Positions 1 to 9,090 of a stretch of DNA of 64,000 bases are shown here, in pieces. How positions within the stretch are numbered: the first letter of the stretch is position 1; the number at the start of each line of letters is the position of its first letter. The notes beneath the pieces are model-generated. The model did no database searches. It was not told where the DNA came from and saw only the letters and a program-made list of their open reading frames with translations. Location of the stretch: positions 32,001 to 96,000 of the IMG/VR virus record IMGVR_UViG_3300042539_000280; one strand, written 5' to 3'. The DNA is from a virus. Made by a program: the position numbers and the translations under genes.

Positions 1-560
1 CTTCCTTCATCGTCATTCTCCACAAATTTCTCTAAACCTTCTTTTTTCTCTTTGCGTTTCTCTTTTTTGACCTGTTCTCTGGCCTCAAAGTTCCTGATAA
101 AGTCATTCAGGTTATCATACATGGTTGAGGAAATCAAGTGATTATCATCACTATCAACCATCAATGCCGCATCAGAGGTATCTAGGACACTTTCCTGAAA
201 CTTCTTATAGATTATATAGCGATTTTTCTCCTCTTTGGAGATACGTCTATGGAAGGCATAGTAGATGATCTGAGTAAAGTAGGCAAAAGGATTACTAGAC
301 TTGGCGGGATCAAAGTTATCGAAGTATAGAAAGCAATTCTCAATAGCATCGGAAACCAATTCATCACGGAACGAATAGTTCATAAAACGAGGCTTATGTG
401 ACAAGTTCTCGGCAATCAAGTAGATACACTTACCAATGTATTCGGAAATACGAGGTTTTTCTTTGCCCTGATCTAAGGCCTCTCTACATTGTCTCTTATA
501 CTCAACAATCTCTTCCAAGAATTTTACGTTATCTACATAATGCTTTTTTGCTTTTGCCAT
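1..560 (-). CDS. gp55: Late-transcription sigma factor (3' end runs off the window)
   Basis: Manual translation from ATG at 560: MAKAKKHYVDNVKFLEEI...YIGKCIYLIAENLSHKPRFMNYSFRDELVSDAIENC..YFDNFDPAKSSNPFAYFTQIIYYAF, the gp55 signature. Not in the ORF track. Confidence 0.93.
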   Translation of the reverse strand, partial: MAKAKKHYVDNVKFLEEIVEYKRQCREALDQGKEKPRISEYIGKCIYLIAENLSHKPRFMNYSFRDELVSDAIENCFLYFDNFDPAKSSNPFAYFTQIIYYAFHRRISKEEKNRYIIYKKFQESVLDTSDAALMVDSDDNHLISSTMYDNLNDFIRNFEAREQVKKEKRKEKKEGLEKFVENDDEG

Positions 561-561
561 A

Positions 562-1326
562 CTATTCCCCAAATCCAAACGGACACTTTTTATCGTTATC
601 TTTTATCATATTTTTACATGCTCTCCATCCATGAAAATATACCAAAGATGGATTATATGACATTTTCTTATATTCCTCTTCCGTTATCAGATGGTTTTTT
701 ACCACCAGTTTCTTTTCCGTCAGTGGTAAAAAATTTGTAAGAGGTTGATTTACTGGTATGATAAACTTATTTTGTTCTTTTGGCAACATAATATTTACAT
801 TAGTGAAACTATTTACCCTAAATTCCATAACTCCGGGTAATACTCTGAAAGAAAATTTATCCAAATTCCATTCCGCACCTAAATTTATAAATTTTATTCC
901 TGTTTTTTCTTTAAAAATCCAAGGACTAGACAATTTCATATGATGATAATCTTCAAACCCCTTTCCTATCTGTTGTCTATTATGTTCTATCGGTTTATCT
1001 CCTGTCGAACAATAATAGTTATATCCTTCTTCCGAAGTTTCAACAAAAAGGTCGGCCCAATGTCGGACACATATGGAGTTTTGAAAATATTCCAAAAAAC
1101 CATAACAATTTTTTAAATTCAATCTACTCTGGTTGGTCAGAATACCCTGATCATCTTTACCTAATGTAAATTCTTCATTGGGTAGTTCTTTCCACCAGTC
1201 AGGAATAGTCTTAGATGATTTAACAATAGGAGTGAATTGATATACATGAGGTTGTGTGGTGTAACAATCCAAATGAATTTTTGGTGTTCGATGAAAAAAA
1301 CTAAACATTTTATCACTTTCTTTCAT
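562..1326 (-). CDS. Hypothetical protein of a family common in aquatic T4-like phages (PDWWK...C.G...KL.SPW...LPG; C-terminal KCPFGF)
   Basis: 254-aa ORF, more AT-rich than its neighbours, sits directly upstream of gp55. Confidence 0.7.
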   Translation of the reverse strand: MKESDKMFSFFHRTPKIHLDCYTTQPHVYQFTPIVKSSKTIPDWWKELPNEEFTLGKDDQGILTNQSRLNLKNCYGFLEYFQNSICVRHWADLFVETSEEGYNYYCSTGDKPIEHNRQQIGKGFEDYHHMKLSSPWIFKEKTGIKFINLGAEWNLDKFSFRVLPGVMEFRVNSFTNVNIMLPKEQNKFIIPVNQPLTNFLPLTEKKLVVKNHLITEEEYKKMSYNPSLVYFHGWRACKNMIKDNDKKCPFGFGE

Positions 1327-1334
1327 TTTGGGGC

Positions 1335-1362
1335 TTGACAGGTTTTAGGAACTGTGTATAAT
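1335..1362 (+). promoter_or_regulatory. Sigma70-type promoter TTGACA-N16-TATAAT, antisense to the flanking genes
   Basis: TTGACA at 1335-1340 and TATAAT at 1357-1362 in the intergenic gap. Confidence 0.7.
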
Positions 1363-1368
1363 ATTCTC

Positions 1369-1435
1369 CGAATCCAACCAACCAATAACCAAACCAAAAC
1401 CGTCGAGCGAAGCGAGACAACATGCGTAAGCATGT
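1369..1435 (+). other. Non-coding A/C tract followed by two mini-hairpins (candidate replication origin or sRNA)
   Basis: (A)ACCA repeats at 1371-1401; GTC-GA-GC-GAA-GC-GA-GAC at 1402-1418; ACATGC-GTAA-GCATGT at 1420-1435. Confidence 0.5.
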
Positions 1436-1440
1436 CCTAC

Positions 1441-1698
1441 CTATACCTCGGTTAGAGACTTGAGTTTTGCTATCTGTTTCTTTAGTACCGGCTCACGATT
1501 GGGCCATTTGATAATAGGCTGTTCGGGGTTCTTTGCTAAGTTCTCCAACAAAGGAAGATAAATCTTCCGAATGGCCTGTAGTCTTTGCTTGAGGTCGTCT
1601 ACCTCGTCTGTAATCGGAGTTAGATCGGCTTCGTCGTCGAAAGTAAATCCGAAATCGTCTCCGCCATCTAAATCGAGATATTTATTCTTCTCTACCAT
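1441..1698 (-). CDS. Hypothetical protein
   Basis: 85-aa ORF translationally coupled (TAATG overlap) to the upstream gene. Confidence 0.7.
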   Translation of the reverse strand: MVEKNKYLDLDGGDDFGFTFDDEADLTPITDEVDDLKQRLQAIRKIYLPLLENLAKNPEQPIIKWPNREPVLKKQIAKLKSLTEV

Positions 1699-2102
1699 TA
1701 GTGATAAACCTTCTTTTCGCTATTCTCTGCTAATTCATCCAAAACTTCTTTTATTCTATCTAAGTCTGTTCTGGATTCCGGTTCTTGTGGTTGTTCTTCG
1801 GAAACACCCGTTAGATGATCGATACTATTCCAATAGTATTCTTCCATATAGTCAGACACACTATGGGTTAGCATAACCTCAACCGCATCGATGACAAATT
1901 CCTGTGTATCACATAGTTTACTATACACCCAAGGCACAAAGGCTACTTGAAGGTAACCTGCGCCTCGGTTTGAAGTCATATATAATCCCTTGAGAGGATT
2001 CATTAGAACATAATACCTACCATTGTCATCTTCGTATTGATAACATTCCGATACAATATCATCACCGTTCTTTAGTCGCAGAAACATAACAACACCAGTC
2101 AT
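1698..2102 (-). CDS. Conserved T4-like hypothetical protein downstream of uvsW (probable Sm-like fold)
   Basis: FLRLKNGDDIV...NPL...F.PW motif; position between uvsW and gp55 is typical. Confidence 0.7.
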   Translation of the reverse strand: MTGVVMFLRLKNGDDIVSECYQYEDDNGRYYVLMNPLKGLYMTSNRGAGYLQVAFVPWVYSKLCDTQEFVIDAVEVMLTHSVSDYMEEYYWNSIDHLTGVSEEQPQEPESRTDLDRIKEVLDELAENSEKKVYH

Positions 2103-2105
2103 GGT

Positions 2106-3593
2106 TTAACCTTTCATATCTATCTTATATATCTTGAACCGGAACCCTTCTTCACTGTAGACTTTTACCCTCTCCATAAAGTGCTTGAGGGTATAATTAT
2201 TTTTCTTTTTCCAACTAAAGTCGTCGGCAATGTCAAAGAGGGTGGCGGATTTCTTTGTGTCACTAATCCGAAGGCCTCTACCGATTGATTGTAGGTTACG
2301 AATCTTGGACTTGGAAGGAGATGCAAAGATGACGTTATCCAAGGCCACGATGTTAGTACCAGTGCTAAGAACACCAACGGACCCAACAAGAATAGCGTTC
2401 CGCTCGTGTTCCAGGATTTTTCTAATTTGTTCTCTATCTTCAACGTCGGTTCCTCCGTGGATAAAGAAAACCTTTCGGCCATCCTTTACCCGTTTGTTGA
2501 GCATGTCATATAGAACCTGACCATGCTTCTCAACATAGTTGAAAAACACAATCGTATTACCTTCCAATGACAATGCAAGGTTGCAAATAAATTTATTTCT
2601 TTCTTTGTTGGCGACAATATAATTGATCTCCGACTTATAGTCCGCAGATTTCATATATTGACATTCTTCCTCACTATACTTTAGCATAAGGCATTTGATA
2701 GTAAGGTCGGCCAGTTGCTTTCTCTCCATAAGTTCTTTGGAACTGATAACTTTATAGATATCACCAAAGAGACCAACGAGAGAAAAATCTACACCAGGAC
2801 CTTTTGGAAGGGTACCGGTTACACCAATACGATACTCCGCATTGACGCAGTTGGTGACGATATTAGACATCACCTTCATGTTCTGGGATTTCTCCACAGC
2901 ACCATGAACTTCATCGACTATAACATAGTCGAATCTCTTGAAATAATCTTTAGGTAAATTCTGCAAAGATTGCCAGGTGGAAATAATGAGTGGACAATCC
3001 ACATCTTTATCCTTGCCCGCATATACACGGTGACAATACTTGGACATATCCTTGCCATTCTTGGTAGAATAGTCCTGAAAGTCAGAATACATCTGTTCGA
3101 CAAGGGCAGCACGAGGAACAATTAGTAGTCCTCTCTTACCTTGTTTCATCAGATACATAAAGATCATATATTGCAATAAGGACTTACCCGAACCAGTAGG
3201 AGATATAACAATCTTCCTTTTAGAACGAATAGCATGGACGAAACCGTCCATCTGATAATCTCTGGGCGGATGCTTAGGATTTAGAGACTCAACAAATTCC
3301 TCAGCCTCGCTAAGTGAAAATGAATTGTCATAAAGTTGATCCGGATATTCTACTTCGTATCCTCTTTCCTCGGCCCATTCAACAACCTTATTAGCAAGAC
3401 CACGGTATATCTGTCTTGTGTTAGGATTGAAAGCACGGATGTATCCATCCCACAACTTTTGTTTGTAGGAAGGTACAAATTGGAATCCTTCTGGACGGAA
3501 AGCAAAGGCGTCACGGAGTTCCCATGCTACATCAACATCACAATCTACACGAATGTAGGAGTGGTTTGCATTAGAAATTTTCAACACTTTCAT
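2106..3593 (-). CDS. uvsW: SF2 RNA-DNA/DNA helicase UvsW
   Basis: PRDYQ, SPTGSGKS Walker A, DEVH, QSIGRGLR; N-terminal WDGYIR. Confidence 0.96.
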   Translation of the reverse strand: MKVLKISNANHSYIRVDCDVDVAWELRDAFAFRPEGFQFVPSYKQKLWDGYIRAFNPNTRQIYRGLANKVVEWAEERGYEVEYPDQLYDNSFSLSEAEEFVESLNPKHPPRDYQMDGFVHAIRSKRKIVISPTGSGKSLLQYMIFMYLMKQGKRGLLIVPRAALVEQMYSDFQDYSTKNGKDMSKYCHRVYAGKDKDVDCPLIISTWQSLQNLPKDYFKRFDYVIVDEVHGAVEKSQNMKVMSNIVTNCVNAEYRIGVTGTLPKGPGVDFSLVGLFGDIYKVISSKELMERKQLADLTIKCLMLKYSEEECQYMKSADYKSEINYIVANKERNKFICNLALSLEGNTIVFFNYVEKHGQVLYDMLNKRVKDGRKVFFIHGGTDVEDREQIRKILEHERNAILVGSVGVLSTGTNIVALDNVIFASPSKSKIRNLQSIGRGLRISDTKKSATLFDIADDFSWKKKNNYTLKHFMERVKVYSEEGFRFKIYKIDMKG

Positions 3594-3598
3594 ACACC

Positions 3599-3605
3599 TA
3601 TTTAG
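3599..3605 (-). promoter_or_regulatory. Late promoter CTAAATA, 5 nt upstream of the uvsW ATG
   Basis: Variant of T4 TATAAATA that recurs before late genes. Confidence 0.65.
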
Positions 3606-3608
3606 GTC

Positions 3609-4070
3609 TTATCCCTGACCCTTAGTATATTGAAGATATTTGACGTAGTTGCCTAGGTCCCAGGTACGATTGTTTAGAGACTTTAGAACAGTCTCACAAT
3701 AGGATACAATCTCCTCGTGGGCACCTTTTTTGAGTAGGATTTTGGTGAGGTGAGGATCGGTGGAGAGTTTTTCTTCCTGTGCTGTCCTCATAGTGATAGC
3801 ATTACCCTGCCACTGTTCCCAACCATACTTATTCAAGGTCTCCAGATCGGCATGGCCTTGATAGTAATCACGGCGAATCTCTTTCATATCCTTGTAATCA
3901 TTATCTAGTTTACGGATGACATGACGATGGTAAGACATAATATTGAGGTATTTACCATGTAGATAGGAAATCTTTAGCAGTTCCTTCTCCATGGATGACG
4001 GATCGATATTAGTGTCCTTTGACCATTCGGACATAAGACTGTCAATAGTTACAGGCGGTTTCATAATCAC
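3609..4070 (-). CDS. uvsY: Recombination mediator UvsY
   Basis: W.KD..ID...L...LH.KYL...YY.G...L..R.W pattern; lies between gp3 and uvsW. Confidence 0.9.
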   Translation of the reverse strand: MIMKPPVTIDSLMSEWSKDTNIDPSSMEKELLKISYLHGKYLNIMSYHRHVIRKLDNDYKDMKEIRRDYYQGHADLETLNKYGWEQWQGNAITMRTAQEEKLSTDPHLTKILLKKGAHEEIVSYCETVLKSLNNRTWDLGNYVKYLQYTKGQG

Positions 4071-4088
4071 TCCATTTCCTAATCACAT

Positions 4089-4117
4089 ATTATACTATAA
4101 GATTGATACTAAGTCAA
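4089..4117 (-). promoter_or_regulatory. Sigma70-type promoter for uvsY (TTGACT-N17-TATAAT)
   Basis: Reverse complement of agtcaa (4112-4117) and attata (4089-4094). Confidence 0.7.
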
Positions 4118-4639
4118 TCTCTCAATTTCATAATAATCGTAGCGGAAGGTAAAGTCGGCTACAGGAATGATATCCGCATCCACCTTAGTATCGAAGGAAA
4201 CCATACCGATTGAGGTAGGGTGACAGTTACGGAACTTGAAACGAATGTTAGGATTATTAGAGTTGGTATTTACAGTTAGAAACCCATCAAAGTATAGAGG
4301 TGCAGTAATAGGATTCTGGTGAGGTTTTCTAGCATAATCTTCCCAGTCAGTGATACGGGTAAGAGATTTCAACCATTTGTAAGACTCTTCCCAAATGCGG
4401 AGGTCTTCGTCAATGATGGCCGTGATAGTAAGAGCATCAAAGGTGAGTTTATCACCATGACGATATGTATTGACAAAAGGAGTTGGAACCGATACCTCTG
4501 TGGTAGAGATAGAGGGAATGTTTACGGTCTGACAAAAGTATTTCAAGAATGGTTTATCTGGAATCAAAAACGTAAATTTTGTAGACTGGAGAATAGAGGT
4601 ATTCTCCGGTGTATTGACGTTGAAATTTTCTATTGTCAT
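4109..4639 (-). CDS. gp3: Tail tube terminator / tail completion protein
   Basis: YFCQTVNIPSIS...GDKLTF..L.I..IIDEDL..W...F.NC.PTS; follows gp23. Confidence 0.88.
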   Translation of the reverse strand: MTIENFNVNTPENTSILQSTKFTFLIPDKPFLKYFCQTVNIPSISTTEVSVPTPFVNTYRHGDKLTFDALTITAIIDEDLRIWEESYKWLKSLTRITDWEDYARKPHQNPITAPLYFDGFLTVNTNSNNPNIRFKFRNCHPTSIGMVSFDTKVDADIIPVADFTFRYDYYEIERLT

Positions 4640-4654
4640 GGTTCCTCCGTCTAT

Positions 4655-4661
4655 TATTTAG
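4655..4661 (-). promoter_or_regulatory. Late promoter CTAAATA for gp3
   Basis: Motif just downstream of the gp23 terminator. Confidence 0.65.
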
Positions 4662-4665
4662 GCAT

Positions 4666-4694
4666 AAAAAAAGAGAGGCCCGAAGGCCTCTCTC
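4666..4694 (-). terminator. Rho-independent terminator after gp23
   Basis: GAGAGGCC-TTCG-GGCCTCTC stem with C(UUCG)G loop followed by a T7 run. Confidence 0.92.
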
Positions 4695-4724
4695 TGAGTT
4701 TGCTAACTCTAATCTTATAAGCGA

Positions 4725-6116
4725 TTAGGTTAGGTTTCTTACACGGAAGATGCGGTAATAGATGTTTGTGTTATTACCTGAGTTGGCCTCACGACCAGCA
4801 ACAACACCGTCACCAGCAGCGGTAGCAAATGGGTTTGCAACCATGCCGTAACGAGTCTTGAAGCCAATCTTTGGCTGGAAGGTATCCTGACCGATTGCAC
4901 GAACCATCTGTAGTGGAACGTATGGGCAGTAGAATAGACCAGCGTCAAATGGTGACTGACCACGGTAACCAACGGTTACTAGTTCGTCGCCGTTTGCTGA
5001 ACCACCGAAGTAAGGATCGATGTAAACCTTGATACGACCATGTAGCATACCAACGAAGGTGTTGCCTGTATCGTCAACGGTTAGGTCGGCAGATAGGGCT
5101 GGTGTATAAGAAAGAACACCGGCCATTGCCATGGCGGATGCAACGTCTGATGAAACGATCAGAACGTTACCCTTACCACGACGGGTTGCCTTGGCGATAG
5201 CGTTGGCTTCACGTTCGATGTGGAAGATTAGGCCCTTGAACTTTTCAACTGACCAACGACCGTTTGAGTCGGTGTCTAGATCGAAAGTACCGGCAGTTGT
5301 AACACCATACTGGGCACCAACTGTAGCAGAACGATAAATTGTGCGGATAACCTCACGATTGATTTCAGCAAGAATCTCTGTGGAGAGAATGTTTGCTAGT
5401 TCTGTTTCTGCGTCAAGACCGTGGATTGCCTTTAGGTCCTGTGCAAGTTCAGTGGTGTATTCTGCCTTTAGCGCACGGCTACGAGCAGTAACAGTTACCT
5501 TGTCAATGTTGAATGCCATTTCAGCAAATGCGTTAGAAGCGGCATCGCCTAGTGCTTCTGCCTGTGCTGTGGTCATACCACGGCCAACACCAAATGCAGT
5601 ACCGTCGCCAGATAGGTCGGCAACTGGGTTGTTGTTAGCGGAGTCACCGAATGAGGTGTTTGCCCATGCGGTACCAGCATCACCACCGGTGTTACCAGCA
5701 GCGTTCTTGGAAGAAAATGCGGTATTTGCTTCGAAGAATAGTGCTTCACCTGTAGTGCCTGCACCCTGTGCCTGCTGCTGCTTATAACGTGAACGCATAG
5801 CAAAGATTAGTCCTGTTGGACCAGTCATTGGCTGAACGCCACAAACGTCATAAGCGATTAGGTTTGGAAGCGCACGACGAACTAGGGAGATAAGAATTGG
5901 GTCGTATGAACCAATTGCAGTACCAGTACCTAGGCCACCACCAGCGTTTGTTGGTGCTGCTTCGTTTAGTGTGCGGGCTTCCTCAGCCATTGCCTTTTCT
6001 TGGTTCTCAAGGATAACGGCAGTGACCGCACGGCGGTATGGATCCTTGATCTGGGTGAGACCGTCGTGGTCAAGAACTGGTGACCACTTGGACTCTAGTT
6101 GTTCTGTAAGATACAT
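4725..6116 (-). CDS. gp23: Major capsid protein
   Basis: VCGVQPMTGPTGLIFAMRSRY, SRALKAEYT.ELAQDLKAIHGLDAE.EL, FQPKIGFKTRYG. Confidence 0.99.
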   Translation of the reverse strand: MYLTEQLESKWSPVLDHDGLTQIKDPYRRAVTAVILENQEKAMAEEARTLNEAAPTNAGGGLGTGTAIGSYDPILISLVRRALPNLIAYDVCGVQPMTGPTGLIFAMRSRYKQQQAQGAGTTGEALFFEANTAFSSKNAAGNTGGDAGTAWANTSFGDSANNNPVADLSGDGTAFGVGRGMTTAQAEALGDAASNAFAEMAFNIDKVTVTARSRALKAEYTTELAQDLKAIHGLDAETELANILSTEILAEINREVIRTIYRSATVGAQYGVTTAGTFDLDTDSNGRWSVEKFKGLIFHIEREANAIAKATRRGKGNVLIVSSDVASAMAMAGVLSYTPALSADLTVDDTGNTFVGMLHGRIKVYIDPYFGGSANGDELVTVGYRGQSPFDAGLFYCPYVPLQMVRAIGQDTFQPKIGFKTRYGMVANPFATAAGDGVVAGREANSGNNTNIYYRIFRVRNLT

Positions 6117-6144
6117 TTTAGTTTCCTTCTTTCTTGGTTACTAA

Positions 6145-7572
6145 TTAGATTAGTTTAGTTTTTCCGATAGCCTGGACATACTTTGCCATTGGACCATTTA
6201 GGTTACCTTCAACGAGGGCCTGTGGATCGTCTGACACTTCGACCTTGTCAAGAACGTTGTCGGTCTTGACTGTGGCAGGGAAATAGTTTTCTCTTAGTGT
6301 AGAAATCTTTGTAATAAATTCGTCATCGTTGGAATATTCAACACCCTCAACGAGAGACTTTAGTTTCTCGGCCTGGGTTGTTGTAAGACCTTCACAGACA
6401 TAAGATGTCAATTCACTCTTGCGTGACTCAGAAATCATGCTGGTTAGTTCAACGTTGCGGTTGATTTCTTCGTTTATCTTTGCTTCAAGGGACTCAACGG
6501 TCTGTGATAGTTCCTCAACTACGTTGACTGAATCTTCTGGAATGTCAATGTAGTGTTCGGCAAATAGTGAACGTAGGCCAGAAATGAAATCTTCGGTTAG
6601 TTCGCTACGGAGAGCGGACTCAACGGCAACTTCATTCTCCTCAATCCACTGTTCAACAACGTAGTTTAGATAGTTATCAACATCTTCTGCTAGTTGTGCC
6701 TGAATTTCAGCAACTCTTTCCTCTAGGGTCTCGGCATATGCCTGCTCTAGTAGGGCAACTTCTTCTTCTAGTTTTGCCTTGACAGCAGCTTCGAAGATTG
6801 TGGTTGCTTTAGCATGGAATTCTTCTGATAGATCCTCACCTGCTAGAAGGGCGTCAACATGCTCAGACATATCAACCTGATAATCTTCAACTGCGGATTC
6901 TTCTAGTTCTTCTTCCTCTGAAATGATTTCAAAGTTTTCGTCGATAGCAGCAAGAATTTCTTCCTCAGAAAGACCGGCTTCGATGCCTTCGTTGATAAAT
7001 GCTTCTAGTTCTTCGGAGAGTTCAAACTCTTCCTCTTCCTTCATGCACTTGTCATCGTCATCATCTTCGTGGTCATCATCGTCATGCTTCATCTTGGACT
7101 TCTTTGCAGCTTCCTTGATGATTGCAACACGCTCGGCAACTGCGGCAGCATTATCTTCTGCTACTAGTGCTTCACCTTCTTCTTCCATCTCCTCGGCCAT
7201 TGCTGGCTGGGACTTTAGAGATTTCTTTGCTTCTGGTGCCACGCTTGAACGTGAGGACTTAGAGGTGTCCTTACCAGTCTTACCAGCAGCCTTAGCACCT
7301 AGATTTTCACCTGGTACTTCTGTTGGTGTCTGACCGCCTAGATCATCAACACCAGAGAAAGATGCAACATCAGCCGCACCTGCGGATGCGGGATGTCTTC
7401 CTTCTACTGCCTTTGAATTTGGGCGTAGTGTCTTAGCATTGCCTGTTGAAGCGGTAGATGGATCTACAGGATTTGGATTAGAAATCTTACCAGGGGAAAC
7501 CTCTGGATAATTACCCTCCTCTAGGACCTTACCTTCTAAAACAGCCTTTGCTGCTTCTGTTAGTGATGCCAT
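6145..7572 (-). CDS. gp22: Prohead core scaffolding protein
   Basis: LSEEF..KA.TIFEAAV, YL.YVVEQW..EN..A; acidic; lies between gp21 and gp23. Confidence 0.95.
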   Translation of the reverse strand: MASLTEAAKAVLEGKVLEEGNYPEVSPGKISNPNPVDPSTASTGNAKTLRPNSKAVEGRHPASAGAADVASFSGVDDLGGQTPTEVPGENLGAKAAGKTGKDTSKSSRSSVAPEAKKSLKSQPAMAEEMEEEGEALVAEDNAAAVAERVAIIKEAAKKSKMKHDDDDHEDDDDDKCMKEEEEFELSEELEAFINEGIEAGLSEEEILAAIDENFEIISEEEELEESAVEDYQVDMSEHVDALLAGEDLSEEFHAKATTIFEAAVKAKLEEEVALLEQAYAETLEERVAEIQAQLAEDVDNYLNYVVEQWIEENEVAVESALRSELTEDFISGLRSLFAEHYIDIPEDSVNVVEELSQTVESLEAKINEEINRNVELTSMISESRKSELTSYVCEGLTTTQAEKLKSLVEGVEYSNDDEFITKISTLRENYFPATVKTDNVLDKVEVSDDPQALVEGNLNGPMAKYVQAIGKTKLI

Positions 7573-7603
7573 TTGGAATATACTCCTTTTCAGTATTACC
7601 GTT

Positions 7604-7610
7604 TATTTAG
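7604..7610 (-). promoter_or_regulatory. Late promoter CTAAATA for gp22/gp23
   Basis: Motif in the gp21-gp22 gap, followed by an AGGAG RBS. Confidence 0.7.
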
Positions 7611-7614
7611 TATT

Positions 7615-8262
7615 TCAAAGTTTTGAAATGTAATTTTCAAAAATCTTTAGAGCCACTTCTTCTAAATCATGGCGAGAAGTTTCTTTTATGAGTTTTCTTG
7701 CATAGTCATTGTTCTGTTCGGTCCATTGACCATTCAAGAATACCCACTCTTTACCTTCCATAATGCCACGAACGAAAGCATCTGGTGCCGATGGGTCAGC
7801 CACAACATCTGCTGCTGTTGCTAACTTGTAGTCGTCTTGTACCAACTGGTAACCATTGTGTGGTCTAAGAGACCCTACGCCTCTTGTTGATACACCTAAA
7901 CTTGCACCACCATCTAATAAACTCTTTACGATCTTACCGTTTGGAGTATCCAAAATTTTAGCTTTACCAATAAAGTTATTACCGTCACGATGTAATGATG
8001 TAATAAGATGTGAAACTCTGTCTAGGTTGATTTGTGGATTCTCTGGGTGTCCTAGTTCACCAAAGGCACGGTTCTTTGTAACATATTCCCGATTATAACG
8101 ATCTGCCTCTTTGGCAAGCACGTTGACAGGATAAACACGACCATTACGGTTCTGCTTTTCTGCCTGCATAAAGATGCCGGTGATAAAGTGGTTCTTACCA
8201 CCCTTACCATCGGATTCTGTCAAATATTGAACGTCTAAAATTTCTTCGGTAATAAGTTTCAT
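7615..8262 (-). CDS. gp21: Prohead protease
   Basis: NRNGRVYP, GELGHP, LGVSTRGVGSL, ADVVADPSAPDAFV. Confidence 0.98.
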   Translation of the reverse strand: MKLITEEILDVQYLTESDGKGGKNHFITGIFMQAEKQNRNGRVYPVNVLAKEADRYNREYVTKNRAFGELGHPENPQINLDRVSHLITSLHRDGNNFIGKAKILDTPNGKIVKSLLDGGASLGVSTRGVGSLRPHNGYQLVQDDYKLATAADVVADPSAPDAFVRGIMEGKEWVFLNGQWTEQNNDYARKLIKETSRHDLEEVALKIFENYISKL

Positions 8263-8284
8263 TGTTTCCTCTACCTATTAGGTA

Positions 8285-8291
8285 TATTTAG
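8285..8291 (-). promoter_or_regulatory. Late promoter CTAAATA for gp21
   Basis: Motif in the intergenic gap. Confidence 0.65.
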
Positions 8292-8298
8292 TATATTT

Positions 8299-9090
8299 TT
8301 ATTCCGTATCTTCTTGTAATCCGCTAATAATACCTTTAGCGAATCCACCCATTGCTTTACCATAATCACTAGCAACTCTTTTTGCACCGATCTTTTTACC
8401 GGCAGATGACCACTTTAGTCTGCTAATAGCACCGGTCTTGCCTCTGCGTTCTAGTCTCTTTGCTCTTTCCATAGCAGCATCATATCTGTCACCAGCATCG
8501 ATACCAACAGAAGGTGCCTTTAGTTTCTTGACACCACCAGATGGTTTCTTGACATCAGATGGTTCAAGTTTTACCTCTGGTGCTTTGCCTGTTTCTGGTT
8601 TTGGTTCTGCCTTAGGGGGAGCAACGTATGGTTTACCTGGTTCGGCGGATGCTCTTTTCTGTTTTGCTGCTCTCTTTTCAACTTCACGTTTTACACGTTC
8701 TGCTCTAGCCTGTGCGGCACCTTTTACTGCTGCACCTAATTTACCAGCAGCCTTCTTAGCACGAGCCTCAAGTTCTTTATCTGATCCTGAACCTGTACCA
8801 GTAAATGCTTCTTCGACTTTCTTTTTCTTTTTACCTTCGATATCGCTTTTAGCCTTCTTTTCGATTTCTTTTGCTGTGTTCAATGCTGCAAAATAATCAG
8901 AGGCCTTCATGAATCCGGCCTTCTTGCGTCTTTCGATATCTGCCTTGGTCATACCACCAAAGGCCTCTGCCTGAATCATCTTTTTCTTTTCGTAGAGTTT
9001 CTTTTCTAGGATTTCACCTAGTCTCTCCTCAAAGATTTCCTGTGCAGAAACATAATTTTCATTTAGGATGTTTTCTAGTAGTTCTGACAT
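8299..9090 (-). CDS. Prohead core / internal head protein with a gp67-like N-terminus and a basic tail
   Basis: N-terminal LLENILNENYVSAQEIFEERL...LYEKKKMI resembles gp67; Lys/Ala-rich; sits between gp20 and gp21. Confidence 0.6.
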   Translation of the reverse strand: MSELLENILNENYVSAQEIFEERLGEILEKKLYEKKKMIQAEAFGGMTKADIERRKKAGFMKASDYFAALNTAKEIEKKAKSDIEGKKKKKVEEAFTGTGSGSDKELEARAKKAAGKLGAAVKGAAQARAERVKREVEKRAAKQKRASAEPGKPYVAPPKAEPKPETGKAPEVKLEPSDVKKPSGGVKKLKAPSVGIDAGDRYDAAMERAKRLERRGKTGAISRLKWSSAGKKIGAKRVASDYGKAMGGFAKGIISGLQEDTE

